A stretch of DNA of 64,000 bases from Candidatus Algichlamydia australiensis (GCA_033977065.1 JAXCHI010000004.1:288001-352000), one strand, 5' to 3'. Numbered from the stretch's first letter, positions 19,268 through 29,793 are shown. A program made the numbers and translations. The notes: generated by a model not told the origin, from the sequence alone.

Positions 19268-19743
19268 TGAAAGTTTCTAAAAAAAGCGCGATCAAGATTT
19301 GCTTTGCAACTTGGTTTTTAACAGGAACCTTACTGCTTTGGAAGGGATTAAGGTTTTTATCGGTAGAGGTAAAATTTTTAGGTGCAAAGCAGCTCCCTCT
19401 GCTGCGTTTTGCAGCTCGCTACTCTCGTGATTTGGAGCAAGCGATCTTGCTCCTCATTGCAACGGCATTAATTGTCGGATTTATTAAGGGCAGAATTGCA
19501 TTAAGAGGGGTGGTAAATCGCACAATTGCGCGCATGAACGATAAAGTGCAATTACAAAGTGTATTTGCCCCAAGAGAGCTGATTTTAATTGGGTTTATGA
19601 TCGCACTTGGAGTCTCCATGCGATTTCTCCCTATTCCAATTGATGTGCGTGGCTTTGTCGATGTTGCTATTGGTTCCGGCTTAATGAACGGTGCCATGCT
19701 TTTTCTTCGTAAACTTATTTATGATAAGGCCGGCCAGAGTTAA
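19267..19743 (+). CDS. Hypothetical membrane protein
   Basis: Four hydrophobic segments; GFVDVAIGSGL motif. Confidence 0.8.
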   Translation: MKVSKKSAIKICFATWFLTGTLLLWKGLRFLSVEVKFLGAKQLPLLRFAARYSRDLEQAILLLIATALIVGFIKGRIALRGVVNRTIARMNDKVQLQSVFAPRELILIGFMIALGVSMRFLPIPIDVRGFVDVAIGSGLMNGAMLFLRKLIYDKAGQS

Positions 19744-20119
19744 TCATGATGGCCCGGTAGATTTGTTCTGCGAGAATGAGCCGCGTCATATGGTGAGTAA
19801 AAGTCATTTTACTAAGTGAGATGAGCGCAGAGGCGTTTTTTTGAATGGTGGGAGTAAATCCCTCATCGCCTCCGATTACAAAGACAATGTTAGCGCTTTG
19901 GGTCTCAAGAAATTTAGCAAACCCTTCGCTTGAATACTGCTTGCCTGTAGGATCTAGGCAGATATAGCTTTTCTCTTTAGCAAGAACTTTTTCAAGTGCA
20001 GCAAGATCCTTTGGGTAGACCCAAAGGATTTGCGCCTCAGAAGTAAGGCGCTTTGCATACTCGGCTAGCTCTTTCTCGAAGGATTTTTTGCCTGGAGTAA
20101 AAATTTTGATCTTTCTCAT
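19715..20119 (-). CDS. rlmH: 23S rRNA pseudouridine1915 N3-methyltransferase
   Basis: LDPTGKQYSSEGFA, FVIGG, SLSKMTFTH, EQIYRA, PYHK. Confidence 0.93.
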   Translation of the reverse strand: MRKIKIFTPGKKSFEKELAEYAKRLTSEAQILWVYPKDLAALEKVLAKEKSYICLDPTGKQYSSEGFAKFLETQSANIVFVIGGDEGFTPTIQKNASALISLSKMTFTHHMTRLILAEQIYRAIMINSGRPYHK

Positions 20120-21414
20120 CCACCTGCGACATTAGCACGACCTGTAAATATAAGTCTGCGGTGATCAGAAAATACGCCCTTGGCTCCTACACGGCTGAAC
20201 TTTGTGCGATCAAACTTCTCTTTCCCAAGTTTGTAATCAACCTTCTTTAAGAGTTTATTCCAAAGGGCGCGATCCAAATTACAAGGCTCTGAGACTCTTT
20301 TGGGGATGATTTTTTTCTCTTCCCAATTAAATGTGGGAGCGATCCAGTTGAATAGGGTATGAGCCATTTTTGTAATGGGCTGCCAATTCACATACTCAAC
20401 GCAGAGTTGGTCTCCCAACCAAGTATACTGTTTAACTCCATCTTTTACCCACTCTCTTTGTGTCTCAAATTTTTCAAACCAGTAGTCGTACTTGTCAAAT
20501 TCCTCATCATCACAGTTAAAATCGCCCATGATGAGGGTAGGCAACTGCTCTACTTTATGCACTGCGTGATTAAAGAGAGTGCGCATTTGCGCTGCTCTTC
20601 CAGTGAGCTCCTCCTCGTCTGGAAATTGAGGCTCTTCAGAGTGTTGCGGATGGGTAAAGCCTACTCTTGCAAAGATCTCTCCTTCTGAGGCAAGTTCACC
20701 AAAAAAAGTTCCTTTGATGCAGTGGTCTTTTGTGCGACCTGCTAAAGTTTCATTATCAAATCGTACGAATTCAGGGTTTTTGATTTCATACTTGCTAAAG
20801 ACAGCAAGGCCTGATGGGCTCCCAAATCCTTTCTTTCCAACATTCCAGTAGATGTAGCGGTAGTGCTTTTTAAGGCGCTCAACAACGCGTGCATTGAGCG
20901 TTGTGTCGTTCATTTCACAGAGGCCGACTACGTCTTTGTCCTCTTTTATGATTTCATCAATAATGTCTTCTATACGATCTTCAAGGTTTGAAAGTCCTCC
21001 ATCGGTGTAGTTGTAACCTGCGCGCGCGCCACAGATATTCCAGAACATCACAGAAAATGTGCGATCTGCAGGAAGTACTTTTGCGTCAGCATTTCCTAGA
21101 GTGAAGATGTAAGGGTGATTTTGAATTACATTTCCAAAACGTCTGAGCGCGATCCCTGGCCCTGCTGTAACGGCCCCAAAAATCGAGTAGGCGATAACAC
21201 GCATGGCTAAGTTTGCTCGCTGAAGGGCAACCTCGAGGTTAGTTGCTGAGGGGTAGAGCTTGTCATAGAGCCAGGCGGTATGCAAGCTTTCACGCGCTTT
21301 GCAGACGGGGGTTGTTAGATGGGAGGCTAAATAAAAACTTTGTTCTGCAATCCAGTCACAGCCCCACCAGCCTTCTGCTACTCCTTCTGCATCTGCGTCA
21401 ACTTCGCTACTCAT
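20116..21414 (-). CDS. Endonuclease/exonuclease/phosphatase (EEP) family protein, sphingomyelinase-like
   Basis: FWNI, GLCE, SGLAVFSKY, FTH, MGDFN, LD, SDH motifs; AAGGAG RBS. Confidence 0.82.
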   Translation of the reverse strand: MSSEVDADAEGVAEGWWGCDWIAEQSFYLASHLTTPVCKARESLHTAWLYDKLYPSATNLEVALQRANLAMRVIAYSIFGAVTAGPGIALRRFGNVIQNHPYIFTLGNADAKVLPADRTFSVMFWNICGARAGYNYTDGGLSNLEDRIEDIIDEIIKEDKDVVGLCEMNDTTLNARVVERLKKHYRYIYWNVGKKGFGSPSGLAVFSKYEIKNPEFVRFDNETLAGRTKDHCIKGTFFGELASEGEIFARVGFTHPQHSEEPQFPDEEELTGRAAQMRTLFNHAVHKVEQLPTLIMGDFNCDDEEFDKYDYWFEKFETQREWVKDGVKQYTWLGDQLCVEYVNWQPITKMAHTLFNWIAPTFNWEEKKIIPKRVSEPCNLDRALWNKLLKKVDYKLGKEKFDRTKFSRVGAKGVFSDHRRLIFTGRANVAGG

Positions 21415-21493
21415 AAAAACTCCTTTCGAGCGGCAAATGTAAAGAATTTGTGAATTTGTTGTCAATAATGGTTTTTTTAGCGAAAATGGCTAC

Positions 21494-22306
21494 ATGGGAT
21501 ATGTATACTGGAATCCAAGCGGAGATCTATTCACTCTGCCTTTTTGGCCCGTACCGATTCGCTGGTATGGTCTCTTCTTTGCATTGGGCTTTTTGCTGGG
21601 GTTTCAAGTTTTTACTAAAGATTTAGAAAAAAAACTAGGTAGCAAGACGCGAGCCAAAAAATATGCCGATCGCTTTATTCTCTTTGTCATCATTGGCGTA
21701 GTTTTGGGAGCGCGTTTAGGTCATATTCTTTTTTATGAACCTCTAGGGCCCTATTTGCACGATCCGTTGCGTGTGTTGCGCATCTGGGAGGGAGGCTTAG
21801 CCAGCCATGGCGGTGTAGTTGCGGTGCTCTTGATGCTGGCACTTTTTTTGCGAAAAAGTCGCGAGCTTTCATTTCGTGCTCTGCTTGATTTGATGGTCAT
21901 CCCTTCTTGTATTTTGGCTGGATTTATCCGTTTGGGAAACTTTTTTAATCAAGAAATTTTGGGTAGGGTGTGCGATCTGCCTTGGGCAATTTATTTTGGC
22001 AGCCCTGCAGATGGGAGTTCGCCTGCACTGCGTCATCCCGCGCAACTCTATGAGATGGCCTTTTATTTTTCTCTTGGAGCCATTCTCTACTTTATTAAGC
22101 GAAAGGTGGAGTGGCCAGCGGGGAAATTGACGGGAGTTTTGTTGACTTTTCTTTTTAGCTTCCGCTTCTTGATTGAGTTTATCAAAGTGCCACAGAGCGC
22201 TCTGGTGAATGGCGGTGGCTTGCTGATGGGCCAATGGCTCTCACTTCCTATTATTGGAATAGGGCTCTACTTATGGCAAAAGAGGAAGCCGGTCGCTCAG
22301 ACTTAA
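21494..22306 (+). CDS. lgt: Prolipoprotein diacylglyceryl transferase
   Basis: IRWYG, GARLGH, IWEGGLASHGG, RLGNFFNQE, HPAQLYE. Confidence 0.97.
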   Translation: MGYVYWNPSGDLFTLPFWPVPIRWYGLFFALGFLLGFQVFTKDLEKKLGSKTRAKKYADRFILFVIIGVVLGARLGHILFYEPLGPYLHDPLRVLRIWEGGLASHGGVVAVLLMLALFLRKSRELSFRALLDLMVIPSCILAGFIRLGNFFNQEILGRVCDLPWAIYFGSPADGSSPALRHPAQLYEMAFYFSLGAILYFIKRKVEWPAGKLTGVLLTFLFSFRFLIEFIKVPQSALVNGGGLLMGQWLSLPIIGIGLYLWQKRKPVAQT

Positions 22307-23737
22307 ATCAGGATTTAAGGCTTTGTAGCGCTCTAGAGGGGTCCCGTCTGCTTTTCGATAGTTTCTGTAGCGCTCGTAGATCCATTCACGCTTCTTGATC
22401 TCGTCCGCAAATGAGAGGAACTGTGTGGGGAGTTTCTTGGCTTGCGGCTCAGGTAGATTAAGTTCAAGAAGAACAAGCTCATTTTGCAAAGCCCAAAATT
22501 CAATTTTCTCTTCTAGACCTTCTTGGTTCTCTAAACTCTCTTTAGCTTTTTTAAAGTGAAGTAGAGTCTTCTGAACTAAGGCCCAAAACTCTTCAATATT
22601 GCTATTGCGGATTACGCTGACAAGCTCACTATCGATGAGGTCTGAAAGGATGGGTGAAGAGGGGATTTGTAATTCTGCAATCAGCGCCCAGATCAGAGCT
22701 TTTGTGTCACTTGCTGTTAAGCTTAAAAATCGCGTTAAGTTGCTTACTTGTTCAATCTGATGCTGCGTTTCTGAGTGCCCGTACTCTTCAAACTCTAACA
22801 AAATTTCATTTTGATAGAGGTCGAGAAGTTGAGAAGGTGGATGATCGCCATAGCAACTCTTTGCCATCAGTACGATCATTTCAAAGTGGCGAGCGATTTT
22901 GGAGGGAGAGTTTCCCTCTTCAGCCTCTTTTTGCACTAGCTCCTTCAAAAGGTGGAGCTCATTCTCACATAATTTTGCTTTAAGAGTTGCGCTCCACTTT
23001 GTCCCGAGATGGCAAGCGATGGCAATTTCTAGTTTGTTATTCTTATGAGGTGCAGGAATCTCATACAGCATGGAGAGTTTTTGCTCGATAACAGCCTGTA
23101 GCTGATAAAATGTGATTTCTGGGTAGTCGCTGATTGTTTCAATTTGCGTCTTGACAATGAGTGCATCACGAGCATCACAGGAGTAGAAGGGATTTTGTGG
23201 GGGAACTTCAGAGAAAAGAGCTTTCAAACCACTATAGGTTTTGGCCATTAAGCCAACTAAATTCGGTTTTCTTCCTTGGAGTGTTGCAAGACACTCGCCC
23301 ACGTTTTGTGCAATTTGCTCGCTCTGCGCTTTGATGGAGTTGTAGATACCAATTTCAAGTTGGTTGCGCAAATTTTCGCGGATAAGGGTATTCGCATCTA
23401 GGTTTTTATGGCCATAGAGCTTCTCATAAAAATAGGCGACCTTTTCAAAAGCTTTTTTTAGTGCGAAAAGCCCGAGGCGGTAGCGCGGGAAACGCGCTTT
23501 GAATTCAGGCAAAATTTTACGAAGGAGGTCTTGCTCAATCTGTGCCGACCACTCTTGTGTTGAGCCGTGTGCGGTGATTTCTGTTGTGATTTTTTCTGAG
23601 AGAAAGAGGCTGATGTCGGAGAAGGGGTCGTGGAATTCGTCGAGTTCGTGCAGGGAGTTGTCAGAATAAGAGGAGGGAAGAGAGTGGATATTTTTTTTGA
23701 TTGTTAGGTCTTCAGGCTTTTCTGCCGACTCGCCCAT
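22271..23737 (-). CDS. Hypothetical protein
   Basis: 488-aa ORF with GGAG RBS; no recognisable motif. Confidence 0.75.
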   Translation of the reverse strand: MGESAEKPEDLTIKKNIHSLPSSYSDNSLHELDEFHDPFSDISLFLSEKITTEITAHGSTQEWSAQIEQDLLRKILPEFKARFPRYRLGLFALKKAFEKVAYFYEKLYGHKNLDANTLIRENLRNQLEIGIYNSIKAQSEQIAQNVGECLATLQGRKPNLVGLMAKTYSGLKALFSEVPPQNPFYSCDARDALIVKTQIETISDYPEITFYQLQAVIEQKLSMLYEIPAPHKNNKLEIAIACHLGTKWSATLKAKLCENELHLLKELVQKEAEEGNSPSKIARHFEMIVLMAKSCYGDHPPSQLLDLYQNEILLEFEEYGHSETQHQIEQVSNLTRFLSLTASDTKALIWALIAELQIPSSPILSDLIDSELVSVIRNSNIEEFWALVQKTLLHFKKAKESLENQEGLEEKIEFWALQNELVLLELNLPEPQAKKLPTQFLSFADEIKKREWIYERYRNYRKADGTPLERYKALNPDLSLSDRLPLLP

Positions 23738-23944
23738 ATGATGGTACTCCGCATCAATTAGTTAATTTTCTTTATATATATAGTATTATTTTTATACAAA
23801 TAAAAATTTTTAATGTTTAGTTTGTATTAGTTTGTTTGTTGTAAAAAAAACTGTTTGAGAAATACTTCAGAAAAGGAATGTGCTATTGTCTTTTAGCTGT
23901 AAAAAAGGTATCTTGAGAGTTATTCGAAATACTTGGAGTACAGG

Positions 23945-24445
23945 ATGAATTACTTGATGATTGCCGGCCGTTTAGGAGCCGACCCAGAGGTGCGCTTCAC
24001 CTCAAATGGCCAAAAAGTGACCACCATGCGTGTGGCTGCTAATACGCGTCGTGGCAAAAATGAGGAGACAATCTGGTGGCGTGTCACAATTTGGGGCGAC
24101 CAATTTGAAAAAATGATGCCCTACTTAAAGAAGGGAACAGCTGTCATGATTTGGGGAGATATGGCAAAGCCCGAGATGTTTACTGATCGCGAAGGTAAAA
24201 ATCAAATTTCAATGAACATGACTGCGACAAACATTTCCTTTAGTCCCTTTGGCCGTAGTGATGCGGAAAAGCAGCAACAGCCTGCCATGGCAGCAGCGCC
24301 GAAACCACAACAACAGCAGCCTCAACAAGCAGCTCCTAGCCAAGAGCAGACTTTTGGTAGCGGTGATTTTGGAAGCTTTGGAGGTAGTTTTGGTACAGGC
24401 GAAGCGGACAATACACCTTTCAACGATGAGGAGATTCCCTTCTAA
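23945..24445 (+). CDS. ssb: Single-stranded DNA-binding protein
   Basis: GRLGADPEVR OB fold, Q/G-rich linker, DEEIPF tail. Confidence 0.97.
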   Translation: MNYLMIAGRLGADPEVRFTSNGQKVTTMRVAANTRRGKNEETIWWRVTIWGDQFEKMMPYLKKGTAVMIWGDMAKPEMFTDREGKNQISMNMTATNISFSPFGRSDAEKQQQPAMAAAPKPQQQQPQQAAPSQEQTFGSGDFGSFGGSFGTGEADNTPFNDEEIPF

Positions 24446-25857
24446 TGAAATTCTCCACAAGCGCTGACTTAAGCAAGAAATGTGATCTGGTCATTGTACC
24501 GTTTTTTGAGGGGCCAAAGCTTGGTTGCAAGGCCTCACTTTTTTCTGCAAAAGATTTAGGACCAATTAAGACAAAAGATTTTAAAGGCAAAGAGAAAGAA
24601 ATTTCCCTTGTTTATGATGGCGATAAACGGTATTTGCTCCTTGGGCTTGGTAAGGGCACTTCAGTTCGAAGATGCTACGCCGAGGCGGTAGGATTTTGTC
24701 ATAAGAAAAAAATCAAAAACATTGCAGCGCTTGTTCCAACGAAAGGTTCTATCTACGATTTGGCAGACGGCTTGCTTTTAGCTAACTACGCTTTTGACAA
24801 GTATAAAAAAGAGAAGAGCGTACTGCTTACAAGTTGCCTATTAGTTGGAGGGACAAAAACCCACCTCAAGGAGTGTGAGCATGCAGCAAAAGTGATGCAG
24901 GGTGTCTATCTTGCACGCGACTTGATCAATGGGAATGCAGATGAGGTAACTCCTGAGCGCTTAGCTAAGGAAGCAACAGCTCTTGCAAAAAAGTATACGG
25001 ATGTCAAAACAAAAGTTCTAAACGAAGCAGAAATTAAAAAAGAAAAAATGGGCCTTTTCTTAGCGGTAGCGCAGAGCTCACGCGTACGGCCTCGTTTCAT
25101 TGTCTGCGAGTACCGTGGCGCTCCGAAATCAAAAGAGCATACGGTAGTTATAGGTAAGGGAGTGACCTACGATACTGGCGGTCTTAACCTCAAGCCCACC
25201 GGCTATATGGAGACGATGAAGGCCGATATGTCGGGATCTGCAGCGGCAATTGGTCTGATCAAAGCGGCAGCAGAAGCGAAAATCAAGGCGAATGTCACCT
25301 GCGTTGTAGCAGCAACAGAAAATGCAATTGATCGCGATAGTTACAAGCCGGGTGATGTCTTTTTTGGAATGAATGGCACCAGTGTAGAAATTGATAATAC
25401 TGATGCGGAAGGACGTTTGACAATGGCAGACGCTCTTGCCTACTCTGTGCGCAATCTTAAGCCGACCCGCATGATTGATATGGCCACACTTACAGGGGCA
25501 ATTGTCGTAGCACTTGGAGAGGAGCGTAGCGGGCTGTTTACGGAAAATAAATCTTTAGAGAAAGCCCTGGTGGAAGCAGGGGAGGCAACTGGCGAAAAAG
25601 TTTGGCCTCTTCCCATGGATAAAGAGTACCGTGAACTTTTAAAATCGGGCGTTGCTGATATAAAAAATTGCGGTGGTCGCCAAGCCGGTTCGATTACGGC
25701 CGCTATCTTCTTAAAAGAGTTTGTAGGCAAAGTGCCATGGGCTCACCTGGATATAGCAGGAACTGCCTACCTTGATAGCGGAAAGTTTTTAGGGACGACT
25801 CCTGCTTCAGGTGTTGGTGTACGCTTGCTCATTCGACTTCTTGAGGGCAAAAGATGA
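24445..25857 (+). CDS. pepA: Leucyl aminopeptidase
   Basis: GKGVTYDTGG, MKADMSG, NTDAEGRL, WAHLDIAG. Confidence 0.96.
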   Translation: MKFSTSADLSKKCDLVIVPFFEGPKLGCKASLFSAKDLGPIKTKDFKGKEKEISLVYDGDKRYLLLGLGKGTSVRRCYAEAVGFCHKKKIKNIAALVPTKGSIYDLADGLLLANYAFDKYKKEKSVLLTSCLLVGGTKTHLKECEHAAKVMQGVYLARDLINGNADEVTPERLAKEATALAKKYTDVKTKVLNEAEIKKEKMGLFLAVAQSSRVRPRFIVCEYRGAPKSKEHTVVIGKGVTYDTGGLNLKPTGYMETMKADMSGSAAAIGLIKAAAEAKIKANVTCVVAATENAIDRDSYKPGDVFFGMNGTSVEIDNTDAEGRLTMADALAYSVRNLKPTRMIDMATLTGAIVVALGEERSGLFTENKSLEKALVEAGEATGEKVWPLPMDKEYRELLKSGVADIKNCGGRQAGSITAAIFLKEFVGKVPWAHLDIAGTAYLDSGKFLGTTPASGVGVRLLIRLLEGKR

Positions 25858-26750
25858 AACCCAAGGCGCGTCGTACTTTCCATGTAGGCCGCGAAGAGGC
25901 GGGAATGCGTTTGCTCAGCTATTTAAAGAGCAAACTCTCTCCCTCCTATTCGGCCAAAATGGTCAAGCGCGCCATTGATCGCCACGCCTGTATGGTTAAC
26001 GGCAAGTCGGAATCCTTCTCCACTTATCGTGTCACGTTTCGCGATCGCGTTGAGTTCAATGAGAGCCGTATGCTCAAGCTCACTTCATGTGAAATGCAAA
26101 AAATTTGTATTCTTTACGAGAATGAGGAGCTTTTGATCATTAGCAAGCCTGGTGGTGTCACTAGCGATAATGGTGAAATTAAAAATCATCTCCCAATTAA
26201 GTATCCCTACTTAGAACTTGTGCATCGTCTTGATCGCAATACATCTGGAGTACTTGTTTTAGCGAAAACGCCACGAGCAAGACGTGAGATGGAAGATCTT
26301 TTTCGCAATCGAGAGATTGAAAAAGAGTATCTTGCCATTGTAGATGGCAGTCCGAAGAAGCCGAAGGGAAGTATAGAAAATTATTTGGGAAAAGTGAGCA
26401 CTTGGGAGGGACAATCTCTTTTCGGAGCTGTACCTGAGTCTGAGGGTCGCTACGCGCTAACAGAGTATAAGACCCTTGCAACAGGCGTAGGACTTTCACT
26501 TTTGAAAGTCTCTCCTCAAACAGGGCGCACGCATCAAATCCGCACGCATTTAAAAAGCATTGGCACACCGATTCTTGGTGATTACCAGTATGCTCGTTCA
26601 TTCCGCTCCTCTTTTGAAGTAAGCCGACAGATGCTCCACGCTCACAAACTCTCCTTCACTTTCCAAGGGGAAAAAATTTACGTGACGGCCCCACTTACAC
26701 GTGAAATGCGCGAGCTGATCAATGAGATCTACCAAGTATCTGATTGTTAA
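25854..26750 (+). CDS. RluA-family pseudouridine synthase
   Basis: S4-like N-terminus, HRLDRNTSG, TGRTHQIR, ILGD..Y. Confidence 0.93.
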   Translation: MKPKARRTFHVGREEAGMRLLSYLKSKLSPSYSAKMVKRAIDRHACMVNGKSESFSTYRVTFRDRVEFNESRMLKLTSCEMQKICILYENEELLIISKPGGVTSDNGEIKNHLPIKYPYLELVHRLDRNTSGVLVLAKTPRARREMEDLFRNREIEKEYLAIVDGSPKKPKGSIENYLGKVSTWEGQSLFGAVPESEGRYALTEYKTLATGVGLSLLKVSPQTGRTHQIRTHLKSIGTPILGDYQYARSFRSSFEVSRQMLHAHKLSFTFQGEKIYVTAPLTREMRELINEIYQVSDC

Positions 26751-27756
26751 ACTCTCCTCACTTGGAGATGTAATCCAAACCCTGCCCTTTGCTTCCTACT
26801 TAGATGGTCATGTAACTTGGGCAGTCGAATCAGAGTATACCCCTCTTTTAAAAAGTGTTCCTGCGATCGATGAGATTCGCCCCATACCTTTTCGTAAATG
26901 GCGAAGCAAAAAGTGTTGTTTTTCTGAACTAAAGAGAAGACTTCAGGATCTTGGCAGTTACGATGTCGTTTTTGATTTGCAGGGTAACTGCAAATCGGGC
27001 CTTGTAACCAAATTTGCAAAAGCTAAAGAGAAGGTGGGGTTTGCTAAACCGGTTGAGTGGCCCAACCGTCTTGTTACAAATCGAAAAATTGTCCTGCCTG
27101 AACACTTCTCAATACGTGAGCAGTTGCGCCATTTGTATACGAGCTATTTTGGAAAAGAGCCAGAGGAGCATCCGCTCAAACTGGTTGGCGAAGAGATTCC
27201 TATTCCCAAACCCGTTTTTATGGTTTGTATGGATTCGCGTTGGAGGAACAAGCAGCTTACCAAAGCCCTTTGGAGAGAATTTCTTGCGAAGCTCCAAAAA
27301 GAGTATAAAGTGCATTTTCTCTTTGTCTTTGGAGAAAAAGAGGAGCCAATTAGCAAAGAGTTTCCCGGTTCGGTTACGATTCTAAAACCAGAATTTGGCA
27401 CTTGGCAGCGGCTAATGCACGAGGTTGATCTCATTTTAACCGTTGACTCTGCAAGTTTGGCCCTGGCAAACACTACCAATACTCCTACATTTGCCCTCTT
27501 TGGGCCCTCAAGTGCAAAAATTTTTGGACCATCTGCACCTGGTAGTGGAAACTTTCAAGGAGTTTGTCCTTATGGAGAGACGTTTGTAAAGCGTTGCAGC
27601 AAATTGCGCACTTGTCCTACGGGTGCCTGTTTGCGAGAGGCGACACTTAAACAGCTTTTATTATCCTTTCAAAATCAATGTGGTTTTCCACAAGCTCAAT
27701 CGCCTCATGAATCTTCTCCTTGTCCTCTATCCGAATCTTTACCGTGTACGAAGTGA
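26722..27756 (+). CDS. Glycosyltransferase family 9 (heptosyltransferase-like)
   Basis: IVKLSSLGDV, DLQGNCKS, VDS, ALFGPS. Confidence 0.88.
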   Translation: MRSTKYLIVKLSSLGDVIQTLPFASYLDGHVTWAVESEYTPLLKSVPAIDEIRPIPFRKWRSKKCCFSELKRRLQDLGSYDVVFDLQGNCKSGLVTKFAKAKEKVGFAKPVEWPNRLVTNRKIVLPEHFSIREQLRHLYTSYFGKEPEEHPLKLVGEEIPIPKPVFMVCMDSRWRNKQLTKALWREFLAKLQKEYKVHFLFVFGEKEEPISKEFPGSVTILKPEFGTWQRLMHEVDLILTVDSASLALANTTNTPTFALFGPSSAKIFGPSAPGSGNFQGVCPYGETFVKRCSKLRTCPTGACLREATLKQLLLSFQNQCGFPQAQSPHESSPCPLSESLPCTK

Positions 27757-28747
27757 TCATCTTTGTGACTTTATAACTTGGAAGAGGGGCATAAAGCATA
27801 GGAATAGAGGCTTCACGCAATTTTCCTACCATCTTTTCATTGGGCTCTGTGCGCCCTGTTAAAATGATCGCAACATCGAGCTCCTCTCCTCTTTTTTGAT
27901 ACTCCTTAAACTTTTTAAGAGTGATGCGCAAAATATCATCTCGTGTTGCCGAGGTGATTAAGAGAGTAGAGGGGACGATCATCTTTGCAAAATCTCCCGC
28001 GGAAGTAGAGATAAGACGGGTGTGGCGGTAGTGAGAGAGGCGCCTCTCTTCACCTGAAAGAAGTGTTGTACGGAATAGGGACTCAAAATCGTTTAATGAG
28101 GGGTTGCTTAAAAAGGGATCAAAAGGAATGCAACCCAAAATAGGAAGATTCCATCGCTTTAACGCTTTTCCCATATAATTGAGAATCATTTCGCGCTTAT
28201 CAGGCAGTACGCGATTCAAAATGACACCTGCGACCTCTACTCCTTGTAGATCGCAGCAGAGCTTGTTTAGGGCGAGTGCATCAAAAGAGGAGCCTAACCC
28301 ACCAGAAGCGATAATGACACACTTGAGACCTAACAGCTTTGCGACCTCCGCATTGTTGAGGTTAACGATAGAGCCTACGCCGATGTGACCTGTGCCTTCA
28401 GCCAAGACAAAGTCTGCCTCTTTTCTAATGGCTTGGTAGGAGTCTGCAATTTTTTTTTTAAGGTCTTTAAGATTCCACTTGCCATCCAGATATTCGCGCG
28501 TAAATCCACGAGGGAAAAGAACGGGGCTCATCGTCTCATACCCTTCTGGCAGGCTAAAGTGATCTTTGAAGAGAACAACATCTTTGTCTGCATGCGCACC
28601 TTCTGTAGTGATGACATGCTCCTGACCCACAGGTTTAATGAAACCAATTTTTGAAAAACGTTTGCGTAGGCCTGAGAGCAACCCTAAACAAGTAGTTGTT
28701 TTCCCTACATGCTGTCCTGTTGATGCAATGAAGACTCCCGAACTCAT
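27647..28747 (-). CDS. BioD-like P-loop/DRTGG protein (phosphotransacetylase N-terminal-like)
   Basis: TGQHVGKTT, FIKPVGQ, EGTGH..VGS, LNNAEVA. Confidence 0.85.
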   Translation of the reverse strand: MSSGVFIASTGQHVGKTTTCLGLLSGLRKRFSKIGFIKPVGQEHVITTEGAHADKDVVLFKDHFSLPEGYETMSPVLFPRGFTREYLDGKWNLKDLKKKIADSYQAIRKEADFVLAEGTGHIGVGSIVNLNNAEVAKLLGLKCVIIASGGLGSSFDALALNKLCCDLQGVEVAGVILNRVLPDKREMILNYMGKALKRWNLPILGCIPFDPFLSNPSLNDFESLFRTTLLSGEERRLSHYRHTRLISTSAGDFAKMIVPSTLLITSATRDDILRITLKKFKEYQKRGEELDVAIILTGRTEPNEKMVGKLREASIPMLYAPLPSYKVTKMITSYTVKIRIEDKEKIHEAIELVENHIDFERIIKAV

Positions 28748-29190
28748 ACCAATACTTTTCCTAATACTTTTAGAAATACCTCTCTAACATCAGGAAAAAG
28801 ATCGAGCTTCTCTACTTCTTCAAATGTGAACCACTCAAATCCACACCCTTCGCGAATTTTGGCCCCCTTTTTAGGATTTGCCATATAGACAAAGTCCATA
28901 TGCTGGTGAGCAGGAACATCCTTGTAGGTGGGAATGTTTTCCATTAAGCAAAAGGCCGGTCTCTCAAAACTTGAGGCGTTGGGTACCTCAATCCAATACT
29001 TCTCATCGCGAATAAAATCGATCTCAAGTCCGCACTCCTCCATCACTTCACGACGTGCAGCTTCAGCAGGGGATTCATTCTCTTCAACGTGACCACCTGG
29101 TGGGAGCCATCTCTGTAATTTTTTGTGAAAATGGAGGAGGGTCCTGTTTCCTTCAAAAATATAGCAAGTTGCAACAAATTCTTTCTGCAT
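28744..29190 (-). CDS. NUDIX hydrolase
   Basis: PGGHVEENESPAEAARREVMEECGL Nudix box. Confidence 0.92.
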   Translation of the reverse strand: MQKEFVATCYIFEGNRTLLHFHKKLQRWLPPGGHVEENESPAEAARREVMEECGLEIDFIRDEKYWIEVPNASSFERPAFCLMENIPTYKDVPAHQHMDFVYMANPKKGAKIREGCGFEWFTFEEVEKLDLFPDVREVFLKVLGKVLV

Positions 29191-29244
29191 AGATCCTGCA
29201 TTATCCCTTGAAAAATTGATAAAAAACAAGTATAACGTCCTCCT

Positions 29245-29793
29245 ATGGCAGAAGTAGATCTATCAGAAAACTCTATTCATTTAAAAAACCCTCCTTTTTG
29301 GGAACAAGAGAGGGTGAGCATTTATACAGAGAATGAGTGGAGGGTTGTTATAGGAGCAATTATTTCACTATTTTCTCTTAGTATCAGCGGAGCGAGTTTC
29401 TATAAGTATAAAAAAACAGTTCCTTTTCAAAATATAAAATATTTATATATATCTATTTCAGTTATAGCACTTATTTCGTCACTCTCTGTTGCTTTGATTG
29501 CAGCAATCAAGTTTTATACATTAAAAAAATGGGAGAGTGAATCAACCAGATATTTAAATAAATATTCTGAATTGGCACGCACGATTTCATTTGTAACAAA
29601 GAACTCTTATAAGGGCATCTTTGATGAGTTACATAAATGTAATTTCGAGAAAGAAATTCTCTATGCCAATGAATGGGATCTCAAAAATAAAACACAAGTT
29701 GGTCCCTTTCGCCGTTACTGGAATTGGATAAATGCCAGGCGTTATCCCTACCACACAGGGAGACCAAGCTGGGGGGAAAATGGAAGCGTTTAA
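29245..29793 (+). CDS. Hypothetical membrane protein (two TM segments)
   Basis: AT-rich ORF preceded by TTGAAA-17-TATAAC (29208-29236). Confidence 0.65.
   Translation: MAEVDLSENSIHLKNPPFWEQERVSIYTENEWRVVIGAIISLFSLSISGASFYKYKKTVPFQNIKYLYISISVIALISSLSVALIAAIKFYTLKKWESESTRYLNKYSELARTISFVTKNSYKGIFDELHKCNFEKEILYANEWDLKNKTQVGPFRRYWNWINARRYPYHTGRPSWGENGSV

Noticed and set aside
23738..23944. AT-rich gap before ssb as oriC
   Set aside because: No clustered DnaA boxes seen; consistent with divergent promoters
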